From: Lophium mytilinum
Taxonomy: Eukaryota
Assembly: GCA_010093605.1 (NCBI GenBank)
Contig: MU004181.1
Span: forward strand, 2,542,001-2,606,000
DNA length: 64,000 nt
Direction of reading: 5' to 3'
The notes below the pieces were generated by a model. That model saw only the letters and a program-made list of their open reading frames with translations, was not told the origin of the DNA and did no database searches. Shown here piece by piece: positions 37,045 through 49,438 of this stretch (positions within the stretch are counted from its first letter, which is position 1; every line of letters begins with the position of its first letter). A program made the position numbers and the translations under genes.

Positions 37045-40000
37045 ATGCGTCCAACGACTTTTGCCCGCGCCGCTGCCCTGGCAAGCGCTCTCACTACCTC
37101 TGTCTCAGCAACATTCAATGCCGCTGCGTCTACTAACGTTGTGATGTACTGGGTTAGTACACTACCAAATTGTGACCTCTTTCTTCGACTTGACTGACGT
37201 CGGACAATTCAGGGCCAAGGCAGCTACCAGATTCCACTATTGGAAGTGTGTCAGAACCCAAGTGTCGATGTCGTTGTATTAGGCTTCATCAATGAATTCC
37301 CTACCAAGGTCGGCGGATATCCGGGATCGAACTTTGGTATGGCGCATATCCTAGGTATATGGGTGAAGTCTCTTACTAACCTGATGTAGCAAATGCGTGT
37401 GGTGACGAGACATTCACTGCCCCCGATGGCACTATCACCCACCTCAAGTCCAATTGCCCGACTATCGGTCCCGCCATTACAGCATGCCAGACCACATACG
37501 GCAAGAAAGTCATTCTTTCTCTCGGCGGCGCCTACCCAACTAACTACACTCTCCCGACCACGGCGATCTCCAACTACTTCGCTGAGTTCTTATGGGGAGC
37601 TTTCGGACCCATCACCTCTCCGCCTGCCTCGTGGGTCGCCGCTGGAAGCCCAAGACCGTTTGGGAGTGCTGTTGTCGACGGTTTTGACTTTGACATTGAG
37701 AGCAATATGGCGTCTCCCCCATTCTCGGATTACAAGTCTCGAGGTTATGCGGATATGATTAACCATTTCAAGAACGATCTCTACCCGACTGCAGCTGGAA
37801 CTTACTACATCTCTGGTGCCCCTCAGTGCATTACTCCGGATTCTCACCTCGACGATGCGATGCTAAATGCTCCTTTCGATTTTCTCTATGTGCAGTTCTA
37901 CAACACCCCCTCATGCTCGGCTCGTGCGGCATACAACGGCCTGAGTACTTTCACATTCGACAGCTGGGTTTCGCGTGTTACTACTTTGTCGGCGAACAAG
38001 AATGCCAAGGTCTACCTAGGCCTAGTAAGTACTTTTCATAGTCCTTGTACTAATCAGGCACTAACACAACATGACAGCCAGCTGGAACAGATGGTGCCCC
38101 ATACGATACCGCTTCTTATCTCAACACTACGGAGGCCAACACTGTGATATCCAAGTACCTCAAGAAATATCCCTCTACCTTTGGTGGTGTTATGCTCTGG
38201 GAGGCAACAGTCGATAGTCTGAACGTACAATGCTCCCAAGATTACGCCTACTGGATCAAGAAGAGTCTGATCAGCGCCAACTCAGGGACTACCTTCTCCG
38301 ACAAGTGCCCCACTACCACGTCAACTGCCGCGCCTACCCCGACCGGCGGTGTCTCTCCAAATGGTCTTTGCGGCCCGTCAAACTACGGATACACCTGCCA
38401 AGGATCTGGCTTCGGAAACTGCTGCAGTGAATATGGGTACTGTGGTTCTACCTCCGACTACTGCGGTACAGGCTGCCTGCCCGCATTCGGAACTTGCGGA
38501 TCAGTTTCGACCACCAAGACCTCCACAACGAGCAGCACGAAAGCAAGCACTTCGTCCTTCAAGACCAGCACGCTGTCAACCAAGACCAGCACTCTATCGT
38601 CCAAGACCAGCACTCTGTCAACGAAGGCCAGCAGCTCGTCCACTAAGGCCAGCAGCTCGTCCACTAAGGCTAGCAGCTCGTCCACCAAGGCGAGCAGCTC
38701 ATCCACAAAGGCGAGCAGCTCATCTGTCAAAACCTTAAGTTCCTCCACGAAGGCATCCTCCACGTCTACCAAGGCCTCCTCAACGTCAACTAAGGCTTTT
38801 TCAACGTCGACTAAGGCTTCTTCAACGTCTACCAAGGCTTCTTCAACTTCGGTGAGTTAATGTATTATGACAAGGGTTTTTTGTTGTCGGATTTCCGGAA
38901 GTCCTGCCAAAGTGGGTTTTGTCAGGATTGAGCCTACTAGGGGGTCTTTTAGTAGTTGCTATATGGTACATTTGGATACTCTTGCTGACTTTGAGCCCCT
39001 CAGACCAAGGCATCATCCACCTCTACAAAGCTGTCTACATCAACGAAGCTGTCTACATCAACGAAGCTATCTACATCCACCAAGGCCTTAACAAGCTCGG
39101 TACGTAGGGTTCCGCTAGACACCCGGTCCTCACGTTTCGTTTCATGGAAACATATTTGAGGCAGTGTCAACCTTGATCCGTTCTATGTGTGTCCTTGCTA
39201 ACTCTCCTTTTTCAGACCAAAGCATCATCGTCTTCCACGAAGCCGTTGTCCTCTTCCACAAAGGTTTCTGTACGTATATTCCCAATCCATACGCTGAACC
39301 ATATCTTCTGGTGAAAATCACTAACTTTTCTCGACCTTCAGTCCAGCACTAAGATCTCGACAACCCTGACAACTCTCAAATCTTCGAGCACATCTAAACC
39401 GGCGTCGACCAGCTCAGCAAAGACGAGTTCTTCCAGAGTAAAGACGAGCAGCGTACGTTAAGGCCCGGGAATATATACTAGGTTCTCCTTTGTCAGTTCT
39501 CCTAAAGTACAACTCGAATCGTGTGCATAAAACCACATAAGTCGCGTCTAGATACCCACTTAACCGTGTGTTATAATCCCACTCAAGTGGTCTTTTTGAG
39601 AACTTTCAATCTTTGCGGGGGATCTAGTGTCTATCCCATTCCCCCCGCTTGTGAACGTTTACTAAGTGTAACTTTCGCCATTAGTCCAGCGCGGTTTCGT
39701 CTCCATCGTCCACGGAAGCCTCAACGACCCCATACCCAAGCCCTAGTTCGAGCAAAATCTCCTCGTCCTCCTCGTTGTCGCCTTCTCCAAGTTCTTCCAA
39801 GGCCACCCCTTCCAGCAGCGTTTCGGTCTCTGTAGAGGAAACCCCAAGTATTTCGCTCTCTTCCTCGACGTCGTTGTCTAGCGCGGTCTACCCCTCCAGC
39901 ACACTGGTGTCTAGCAGCTCGTCGTCGTCTGCCCAAGTCTATCCTTCCAGCACACCCGTGTCAAGCAGCTCAGCGTCGTCTGGGGTGTACCCATCTAGCA

Positions 40001-41900
40001 CGCCTGTGTCCAGCAGCTCGTCGTCCAGCAGCTCATCGTTCACAAGCTCATCGTCCAGCAGCTCGTCCTCGTCCGCAGTGTATCCATCGAGCACACCCGA
40101 GTCTAGCAGCTCAACTTCGTCCCTGGTGTATCCGTCCAGCACGCCTGTGTCCAGCAGCAGCTCATCGTCCAGCAGCTCATCGTCTAGCAGCTCATCGTCC
40201 ATAAGCTCGTCGTCCAGCAGCTCGTCGTCGTCGTCCGCGGTGTATCCATCCAGCACACCTGAGTCCAGCAGCTCATCATCGTCCACCGGGCTGTATCCAA
40301 CGGACACCATTACTTCAAGCAGTGTGAGCAGCTCTGTCTCATCCAGTGCGTTTAGCAGTTTGCCTTCGTCTTCGTCTTCAAGCACGCTTGTATCGAGCAG
40401 CCTATCCTCGTCCACCGTATTGTACCCAACCGACACAACTACGTCAAGTAGCGTGAGCAGCTTCGTCTCATCAAGTGCATCCAGCAGGTCGCCTACGCCA
40501 ACGACAGAGTCAGGGTCATCAGTGGCTTCATCTAGCGAGCTTTCGTCTACCTCTGCCACCTACCCAACGACAACGGAATCTAGTTCCCTCTCATCTGTCA
40601 CAAGCTCGTCCACTGAAAGCTACCCTGGAAGCACTGGGTCCAGCGTGATCTATCCGGGAAGTACCTCGACCGAGTCCAGCGTGATCTACCCGGGAAGCGC
40701 CGCGACCGAGTCCACAAGTACAAGCTGCACCGAGAGCAGTGAATCTTCAACGGCGGTCTACCCCAGCACCACTCCTGAATCAAGCGTGGTCTATCCCGGC
40801 ACCACTTCCCAGTCGTCAGTAGTCTACCCTGGCACTAGCTCTGAATCCACAACCTCTAGCTGCACCGAGACGGAATCTCTTACCGCAGCCTACCCTTCTG
40901 GTACCCCCGGGTCGTCCGTCGTCTATCCTTCGTCAGTGGCCTACCCTTCTTCGGTGGTTTACCCTACCGCTGAATCGACAACTTCCAGCTACTCAGAGGC
41001 TGTTACTCCGTACGAGACCCCAAGCTCGGCGTATTCTTATGTTCATTACACCCCGGGCAGCTCCAGCACTGGTGTATTGCCATCGACGTTCGTGTACCCT
41101 ACCGGTGTTCCAGAGAGCTCAATCACACCCGTGGCTGCCTACCCGTCACCTAGCTCAACTTCCGAAGTCACAACAACCGTCATTACTAGTAAGTAGTCTT
41201 TATATCTCCATTGATCACGCGCTAATGTTCTCTAGCCTCGTACGTGGACATCTGCCCAACCGGCTTCACCACCATCGTGACCACAATCACGACCACGGTC
41301 TGCCCTGAAGCTACTGCCACCACTGGCATTCCTGCTGGATGGTACACCACCGTGACCGTCTGCGAGAACTGCGGCCCAGCTCCCACAACAGTCACCCTCA
41401 CCAAGCCGATGGCGTACGCCACCACCGAGGTTGAGGTGACGCTAACTCCGTACGCCGTCAGCGAGACAGCTGCGGCCTACACCGCGGTCACGACAATCTT
41501 GTCGACCCACGTTGAGACGGCGTACTTGACCGTATACCCGACTACGCTTGCACCAGCGGCTTCGGTGCCAACGGCAGCCGCTTCATCTCCAAGCGGCGAG
41601 AGCTACGTCACGAAGGTTGTGACGATGGTGGTGTCCCCGATACCGTACAAGGCGGTGAGCGAGACAGGCGCAGTGAGTGCAGGATATGTTGCTCCTACGA
41701 GCGTGTCAAGCGCGAATGAAGGATATGTTGCGCCCACAGGTGCCTGGAGCGCGAGCGGGAGTGGCAGCGTGCCATACGCTTCAGGCACGGGGCTGCCCTA
41801 CGCCTCTACTACGCCGCTGCCCTTTGAGGGCGCGGCGAGCCGGTCTGGCGTAGGCATGAGCCTCGTTGCCGTCGTGGTGGCGGGTTTCTTTGCATTATAA
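37045..41900 (+). CDS. GH18 class III (Cts1/ChiA-like) chitinase with CBM18, a long Ser/Thr stalk and a probable GPI signal, multi-exon
   Basis: Signal peptide MRPTTFARAAALASALTTSVSA, then YWGQG, LSLGGA, catalytic DGFDFDIE (about 37678-37701), GAPQC, VQFYN and FGGVMLW. CBM18 motif CCSEYGYCG. The hydrophobic C-terminus ...FEGAASRSGVGMSLVAVVVAGFFAL is GPI-signal-like. Confidence 0.95.
38510..41190 (+). repeat. Coding repeats of the chitinase stalk: 21-bp TKASS[ST]S units, then VYPSST[PL]-type units
   Basis: Tandem aaggccagcagctcgtccact-like 21-mers at about 38620-38850, and recurring VYPSSTP/IYPGS peptides at 39880-41100. Confidence 0.9.
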
Positions 41901-43524
41901 GGAGGGCAGCATGGCAGGATTTTTGTAACAAAATACTCTTCAGGGAGTTTCATTCGTATTGTAACAGGGACGAAGTGGGACGGGCAAGCCGCGGGGCTTC
42001 TAGTCAAGTGAATAGGCTTCTGGTGGAGTTGACTGATCTATGGCAACTCCTGAAGAATCTTTGATCAAGCAACGAGGGCAGTTCTACTTGCAGTTCGTAG
42101 AAGCACTTTATGTATTGGAACATAGATTAGATATATGTTCTGGACTTATGACTTTTACTGCTTGCTATATGTTTCTTGAGCCTACGATATCAAAGTTCCA
42201 ATAATGGGCACCTACATGTTTACCTGATGCCTGCCATTCAAATGAAGCCTGAGGCCACAACACTTCGGCGATCTAGTTCGAGATGCAATGGTCTCGGCTG
42301 CACGGGGTTCAGATGCAACGCCCTCCCGACTGGGTCCGGATCTGGAGACTCATGGAATACATGTATAAGACGGCGTGGAGAGCGATTCAGGGTCTTTTCC
42401 AGCCACAAGTCGCGGTGCAGCTCCAGGTAGCAGCCGTCCAAGATCCTAGCTAGACTGCGAGGGCAGAGGAGGGGTTCGCGGCGTGATTGGCCGCGCAGGC
42501 TGTTGGCGATGACGCCGCATTCCGAGGGAGCGGAGGAGGGGAGGGTTGATAAGTGCAGGCCGTGGCCAGTTCACAGCATCAACTGCTCGTGCTTGTGCAT
42601 ACATACATTCACCAGTGCCTCGTTACCTCCATCTTCATGCTTCCACCTCGAGGCTCGGAGCCGCCCCATCCTGCACCATGGGGCCGTCCTGCTTACCGGG
42701 CCGTGGACGAACCCCGGCGCGGGCCCTGGAGTGTCGGCTAAAAATGACGAGGACATGCAGGATGCGTTGGCATGTTGTCTTGTGGTTGAATGTTGAGACG
42801 GGGAGGGAGGCTCTGGACGCATCGCCCTGCCTCTGATCTGGACTCGATCCCCCCAAGTCGCCGCCTTGCCGCTTTGTCGTCGATGCAGCTGGTCGCCGCA
42901 CACTCCATTTCGACCCGTTCTGCGCTCCCACAGAGCCACCCAGCCCCAGAGAGCCGCCCTCGACCGCGCTGCCCTCGAGACGTCGACCCGGAGCGCAAAC
43001 CCCACGGTACTCGCGCGCGCGGTAGCATGTCCTCTCTACCCCATCAATTGCTTTCTCTGCCGTCGCCTGCCCGTCGCTATCGCATTCTGCAGTCGCCAGC
43101 ACCGCCCGTTGTGGCTGGAGCCCGGAGGCAAAGGTGACGTTGGCATCGCATCGCAGCCCTCATCGCAACCTGCACACCAGGGCATCGACATCGTCCGCCT
43201 TGCTTTGCTCACCGCCAACACGTCCAGTGCATCACTGGCGGCGAATTGCGCAGGTCCACGGCGCATCCTGCATCGATACAGCAGTAGACGCCGCCGCTGG
43301 TGAGGCATGAGTGGCCCGTTTGGTGAGCAAGACTTTCGCTTGGCGCGAATTGGTGAAGCTTTGACTCCAGCCTCCCCAACCACCTCCTCTCCATGTATTC
43401 TTCACTGTTCCCAGCCACCCGCCCCACGCCCCTTTGAGTGACAATGACTGCTGTTCCCTTGCAACTCCTCATACTGACCGTAGCCATACCAGGCAATCCC
43501 CCATTTTTTGAGCCCGCCGCCTAG

Positions 43525-46302
43525 GATCGCGGCTCGTCCGTCCACAGTCCATTCTCACCACCACGCGCCCTCTCTCGCTCGCGAGCCTCTCCATCGGCGG
43601 CTTCGACTGCCTTCACGCCAGCCGTTGCCGGGCCTGAGACCAGAGTCGCATTGAGTTCCCCGGGCCCCCCTTCACCCGTCACCGTGTTGCCAACCCAGCA
43701 ACCATCTGACGATCCCCACGACCGCAACGTTTACGAACCCTACACAACCTCTTTGCAGCAACGCCAGCAGCAGGCTCAGGAATATTACCGCCAACAGAAC
43801 CTCTCACGCGTCTCGAGTTCCTCTGGTAGCAGCCCCTACACCCTCCGGCGCACCCCGAACTTCGAGGAGCCGCGTGCTCGTCCCAGAGCTTCGTCCTTCG
43901 ACTCGACCCAAGCTCGGCCGCCTCCAACCGTCAGGTTCGCTGACGACAGCGACCCAGCGACCACTTCTCGCTTCACTCGCCCTCGCGTAACTTCACAGCC
44001 AGCCCCACCCGGCACCTTCACTCCTCATCCTGCCCTCCGCGTCTCTAGACGGACTGCAGCTGCCATCCAATTCACTCTCCAAGAAGCCCTCCAACACCCA
44101 TACCCTTTCACTCCCGATCTTGCTGAGGAGAACGCCTCTATGTCAGAGCTGGCGGGGGGGTCGACCGGCAATGGTCGCGCTGCGAATGGCGGCGCGCGCA
44201 CAACCGCAGGGCCCGTCCCTGTGTCGCAAGGCAACACCGCAGCGCAAGACCAACGTCCCGGCATCATGACACCGCGGGAGATCATGTCCGCACGTCGAGA
44301 GCGCGAGGAACGGCGCGCTGCCGAGGCAAACGCGGCGAGAGCTGCCGAGGAGCAACAACGGCGGGCACAGGAGGACGAGCGAAGGAAGAGCGCGGAACGA
44401 AGAGCACAAGCTGCTGGCGTTGCTGGTACTGCCAGCCAGAGACAACCACAGAATAATCCCCTCAGGAACCCCACTGACGACAGTGGATACGGGACTCGAC
44501 AAAACACGGGCGGAGGAGGTCTGCCGCGAGAGGCCGAGCGCGTTCCTGCATCTGGAGGACCCGTCAACCCTCTCGCTGCAGCACAAGCTCCGGATACAAC
44601 TGCAGGCGCCCAGTACGGTCGAACTCGGGCAACATCACAATCACAACAGCAGCCACGACCGCCGATTCCTGCAGCACCCGGCACAGGCATGCCTGATACT
44701 ACCCGACGACCACAAGCTTCTGCAGCTCATGCGCGCCAGCCGTCTGTCCCCACTGCTGCTGCGCAAGCTCGTCAAGGCCCCATTGGCGTCCCCCCACAAC
44801 AAACTCAAGGCGGCCCATCCTCGGTAGGAGGCCACTCGCGGAACACGACAAATGTGTCTACATTTCCTCATGCATTCGAACGATGGGAGACTTTGTCGTC
44901 TCATTGGGAGGGCCTCACTTCCTATTGGATCCGACGGCTTGAACAAAACACTGAAGAAGTACGGCGAGAGCCACTGGCTCAGCAGATGTCGCGGCAGATC
45001 ACCGATCTATCCGCGGCTGGAGCTAACCTCTTCCATGCCGTCGTCGAACTCCAACGTCTTCGAGCGTCCTCAGAACGCAAGTTTCAGCGCTGGTTCTACG
45101 AACACCGACAGGATCAAGAGCGAGCACAAGAGCTCCAGGCAGGGCTGGACCAAGCCCTCCAATCCGAACGCCAAGCCCATGCTGATGCCGCTGCTAATGC
45201 AGATCGTTTGCTCCGAGAGAAGAACAATGCTGATAGGATGGTAGTTGAGATGCGACGTGAGCTTCAGATTTCGAAGGAGGAAGCACGGAGAGCATGGGAG
45301 GAGCTGGGCCGTCGCGAAGCAGAAGAGCGATCCCGCACAGAATCACTTCGAGATGGCCAGCCTACATTAGTCGGCGGTGTTCAGGTGGTGCCTATGGGAG
45401 CTGGCATGGCTAGCCGGCACGGAAGCGTATCCCAGCGACCTTCGACGAGAGATGAAGGCTATAGTAGCTTGCCTCAAGGAGCGCAGTCGGGTGGTACGCA
45501 AGGTCTACAATCGCAGTACTCCTATGAAGAGGCTGCTTCGCCCACCGATACTGATCCATATGGCGAGTCTACACGACAACCAGCTTCAGGTCTTCGCCAC
45601 GAGCCGGATGTTCCCACCCTTGGCCGCGGCACGTACGGAGGCTACCCAGCTAGTAGCGAGGGAGGCACCTCGAGTTCGACCGTGCGCACCGCTGTCCCAC
45701 CAGCACAGAGTCAAACTCAGGCGCCAGCCCCATTACAGCCTCGTCGTACGGCCGCTCAACAGCCTGCAGTTCAGCCCACCTCGTCCCAGCCAGAAGCATT
45801 TTACCAGCAGCCGGGAACCTACCTTCACGAAGATGCCGCTGCTAGCATTCCCGAGGACGAGCGATCATATGTCGAATCTCAAGGCGATGTAACCTCCGAA
45901 GGCGATGAGGAATATGTAATTGACGGATCAGGGAATTTCGTTCTTGACGAATCAGGCCACCGAGTCACATACCGGGAGCATCGACTTCGCCAATCAGAAT
46001 CGGATGAATTCGACGTACAAGCGGATCGACAGCGAGAGATTGAGCATTTGAACCGCTATGGCACATCTTCCGGTGGCTATGGTGCGGCCACGAGTACCGC
46101 TGGACCAGCATACCCCCCTGTCCAAGGCCAGGCCGGCTATCAGACTGCTGGACCCGTTGATTACAGCGGCTCTGGCTATGGAACCGAGTGGGCTGCTATG
46201 CGCCACCATCATCCTACCCGCTTGAGTGACGTTCTCGAAGAAGACGAACGTAGCAGGACTTCTCCTAGTCGCGCAAGTCAAACAAGCCGGGGAATGTACT
46301 GA
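43525..46302 (+). CDS. Large fungal protein with coiled-coil segments and long low-complexity regions; start uncertain
   Basis: Stop-free frame from 43525 to 46302 with its first in-frame ATG only at 44140. It has an ordered-looking core FPHAFERWETLSSHWEGLTSYWIRRLE...ERKFQRWF, followed by an E/R-rich helical region. Confidence 0.85.
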   Translation, partial: DRGSSVHSPFSPPRALSRSRASPSAASTAFTPAVAGPETRVALSSPGPPSPVTVLPTQQPSDDPHDRNVYEPYTTSLQQRQQQAQEYYRQQNLSRVSSSSGSSPYTLRRTPNFEEPRARPRASSFDSTQARPPPTVRFADDSDPATTSRFTRPRVTSQPAPPGTFTPHPALRVSRRTAAAIQFTLQEALQHPYPFTPDLAEENASMSELAGGSTGNGRAANGGARTTAGPVPVSQGNTAAQDQRPGIMTPREIMSARREREERRAAEANAARAAEEQQRRAQEDERRKSAERRAQAAGVAGTASQRQPQNNPLRNPTDDSGYGTRQNTGGGGLPREAERVPASGGPVNPLAAAQAPDTTAGAQYGRTRATSQSQQQPRPPIPAAPGTGMPDTTRRPQASAAHARQPSVPTAAAQARQGPIGVPPQQTQGGPSSVGGHSRNTTNVSTFPHAFERWETLSSHWEGLTSYWIRRLEQNTEEVRREPLAQQMSRQITDLSAAGANLFHAVVELQRLRASSERKFQRWFYEHRQDQERAQELQAGLDQALQSERQAHADAAANADRLLREKNNADRMVVEMRRELQISKEEARRAWEELGRREAEERSRTESLRDGQPTLVGGVQVVPMGAGMASRHGSVSQRPSTRDEGYSSLPQGAQSGGTQGLQSQYSYEEAASPTDTDPYGESTRQPASGLRHEPDVPTLGRGTYGGYPASSEGGTSSSTVRTAVPPAQSQTQAPAPLQPRRTAAQQPAVQPTSSQPEAFYQQPGTYLHEDAAASIPEDERSYVESQGDVTSEGDEEYVIDGSGNFVLDESGHRVTYREHRLRQSESDEFDVQADRQREIEHLNRYGTSSGGYGAATSTAGPAYPPVQGQAGYQTAGPVDYSGSGYGTEWAAMRHHHPTRLSDVLEEDERSRTSPSRASQTSRGMY

Positions 46303-47429
46303 ACACTCGAATGCAACTCCCGACATCAAATACCTCTCATCAAAGAGGTTTGCACAAAAGACATCAGCAAAACCGGCGGCTCTCAAATCAAACGAGGAAA
46401 ATCATCACCTTGACTGATGACCACACCGATATATATATCTATCATCCCAACATGATGGCCCATCTACACCAAATCCACCCGTTGGTCGTCGGGGTGCAAA
46501 GGTTGCTTTACAAATTTGCCTTTTCCTTTCTTGGCTTTTTAGGGCTAATCTGAGGGATCGTTGACGGCATGGGACGTTAACCTGTAACATACTTTCCACA
46601 GCATGGTTTTGCATAATATATTCCAGTCCACTTCTGCGTGGCGGTAAGCTCTTCCTCGTTTCCCAGAGTCCAAAAATCTTTTCTACTCCTTGCTCACTCT
46701 ACCAGCTAGAACTTAGTTGGGTCGATCAGTGAAGACGGAAAAGATAAAATGGGCTTTTTGGATAGACGAAGGAGAGCAGATGGTGCCGGACTTACAAAAT
46801 CTTCCTTTTTCTTGTGTTGTCTTACGGGTTGTGTCCATGCCACCCTTGCTTTTTCTTGTTTTGCAGTGCAGCGACAGCGTGTGGGAAATTGCTTATACCC
46901 CCGAAAGCTATGCGTCTTCTCTTTGTTTTCCTCTTCTGTGCATTCCTGTTTCTCGTGAAGCGAGTTGATTGCGAGCCGAGCCATCTGGATCTCTTCTTGC
47001 TTTGCTTTGGAAAATGGGCATGCGTTGGTGCGAGGTGAACGGAGTGTCGGTTTGCGGGATATCTCTTTTCTTCTCTCCGCCTGGCGGGATATGGGAAAAT
47101 GGGGATTGGGAATAGGAGCGCATGGCATAGCGACTATTGTATTATAGGTACATCGTGGTAGTGGAAGTAATAAGCGAGTGCGATATGGTCTGAATGTCGT
47201 GCTCTGGGTTGCTATGCTAAGTGTCGCCCTGCACTTGAAGTCCTGACTGCAAGCTTTGGGTGAACGACGTAAACGGCAAGTTTAAGCGACCATCGGACCC
47301 TTCAACGTCATATCAAACAAGGGGCCTCCACATCATCCCACCATTCCGCCTGTCCCTCACGACTTCCATGACTTACAATCCATGATCTCCGCCCTACGCA
47401 AGGGATCAATACGATCAGTAGAGTCCGCC

Positions 47430-48678
47430 ATGAAGCTCGATCCCGCTGTCGTCAAGCTGCTATCTCTGGACCCGGAACACACCACTGTTTCTTCAGCCGG
47501 CGGAGGGGGTTGTTCGTCGGCTTTCACTTCGAAGATTACGGAAAAGGGGAGCGATGGGAAAGAGAGGTGTTTCTTCATGAAGACGGGCAGTGGGAAGGAG
47601 GCGAGGATTATGTTTGAAGGTTTGTGCGTTCTCTGTCTATATCTCTTTTTCAACACAACCCCAACATTGCCCCGAATAAGAGCATCGATCTCATCTATAA
47701 ACCCGTAGTCCCCATTCATTTTCTCTTAGGTCATCTTTCTTTACTATTCAAGCTTCTTCGATATTCATTCCTTACCCGCTTCCTATCAGCTCCAAACCAC
47801 TAACCCCCTCCCCAGGCGAACACGCCTCTTTAAACGCAATCCACACCGCCGTGCCCACACTCTGCCCCAAATCCTTCGGCTGGGGCTCCTTCACCTCGTC
47901 CTCAGGGACCTCTTTCCTAGTAACCGACTTCCTCACTCTTACATCCCGCCGCTCCTCCACCTCCAGCGCTGCGTCTCTGGCCTCTAAACTAGCAAAACTA
48001 CACACCACCCCAGCGCCCATCCCGGACGGCTACGACAAGCCGCAATTCGGCTTCCCTTGCACCACCTGCTGCGGCGACACGCCTCAGGACAACTCTTTCA
48101 AGAGCTCGTGGGCGGAATTCTACGCCGAAAATCGCCTCCGCTTCATTCTGCGCCGCGCCGAGGCCGCCAATGGCAAAGATGGGGAATTGCATGACTTGGT
48201 CGAGAAAACAGCATCAAAGGTGGTACCACGACTACTAGCGGACGACCATTTGAACGGAGGCAAGGGAGTGGTGCCAGTGGTTGTGCATGGGGATTTGTGG
48301 AGCGGGAATGCGGGGGTTGGGGTGTTTGGTACAGACGCGGGAAAGGGAGAGCCGGAAGAGGTGGTCTATGATTCCAGTGCGTGTTACGCGCATAGTGAGT
48401 TTGAGCTGGGGATTATGAAGATGTTTGGGGGATTTGGGGCAGGTTTCTTGAAGGAGTACCATCAGCTGGTGCCGAAGGCGGAGCCGGTTGGGGAATATGA
48501 GGATCGGGTGGCGTTGTATGAGCTGTGAGTGTCCCTGTTCATGTGTTTACGTGGAGGGAGTAGCTGACGGTTGAGTAGGTATCATCATCTGAATCACTAT
48601 GCGCTGTTTGGGGGTGGGTACAGGTCTGGTGCTGCTAGCATCATGAAAGGGCTTGTAAGGAAGTACGGAAGCTCTTAG
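47430..48678 (+). CDS. Fructosamine/ketosamine-3-kinase family protein, 3 exons
   Basis: Motifs FFMKTG, MFEGEHASL, FGFPCTTCCG, VHGDLWSGN, HSEFELGIM and YELYHHLNH. Stop at TAG 48676-48678. Confidence 0.93.
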
Positions 48679-49438
48679 AGACATTCAAAGTGGAAGTACA
48701 TAGATAGCAGTGAAATTACTCTCATAATTAAGTTCATCTGCGTCTTTTTTCGTCTCACTACCCCAGGGCGTGGGGTTTGCACGTGATTTGGTCCCCCGTT
48801 CAAGTGACTTTATGCTTCTTCCAAGTTAATCTATTCTACAGAAGCATGTTATGAGGTCTCCATAATACGAATATTAGACATATACTTACGTCGAAGGCCC
48901 TGAGTCAGGAAGGTATCCGCTTGTATGCACTGTTTTCAAGAGCCTTGTTGTGCCGAAATAAGACTAGTTTCGCGGGACAAAGTATTACTTATCACCGAAC
49001 CACATCCCGAGGTCTCCTCATATCATCACGCTCTTCTTCCTCGCCTCTCATCAATCCAACGAGTCTTTTCTCGACGCTGTTACCTCCTTACCTAGACTCT
49101 ACTGGGTTTCGTCACTCTAAGGCGGATTTGCACTTGAAGCTTATCTCCTGATTTTACTCTTTTAGGGCAACGCTGGCAAAGGTACGAGTCTCCAAATTTC
49201 CATCTTCTTTATAGGGTCACGCCGATCATAACTTGGGGCGATATGATTTGCGGCCGCAGAAGCTTGGCTTCAACGTAGGCATCAGAATGTTACGCGTCGT
49301 GGGTCGGACGAAACCCGCACGAGCCAATGTCTATACATACTTTGTTCCAGCCCCTCTGCCAGCGTTGTCGAGTTGCGGTTACCATTCTGATATTTTTTCA
49401 CCGTCTAGTATAAACTAGGAAATTGAAGTGTTGCCAAC

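Noticed and set aside
38458..40559. Minus-strand ORFs with LVDELL/DDELL repeats
   Set aside because: They are antisense shadows of the Ser-rich chitinase repeats, not independent genes.
42500..43300. Many overlapping 100-155 aa ORFs on both strands
   Set aside because: GC-rich promoter/leader sequence with few stops and no protein-like composition.
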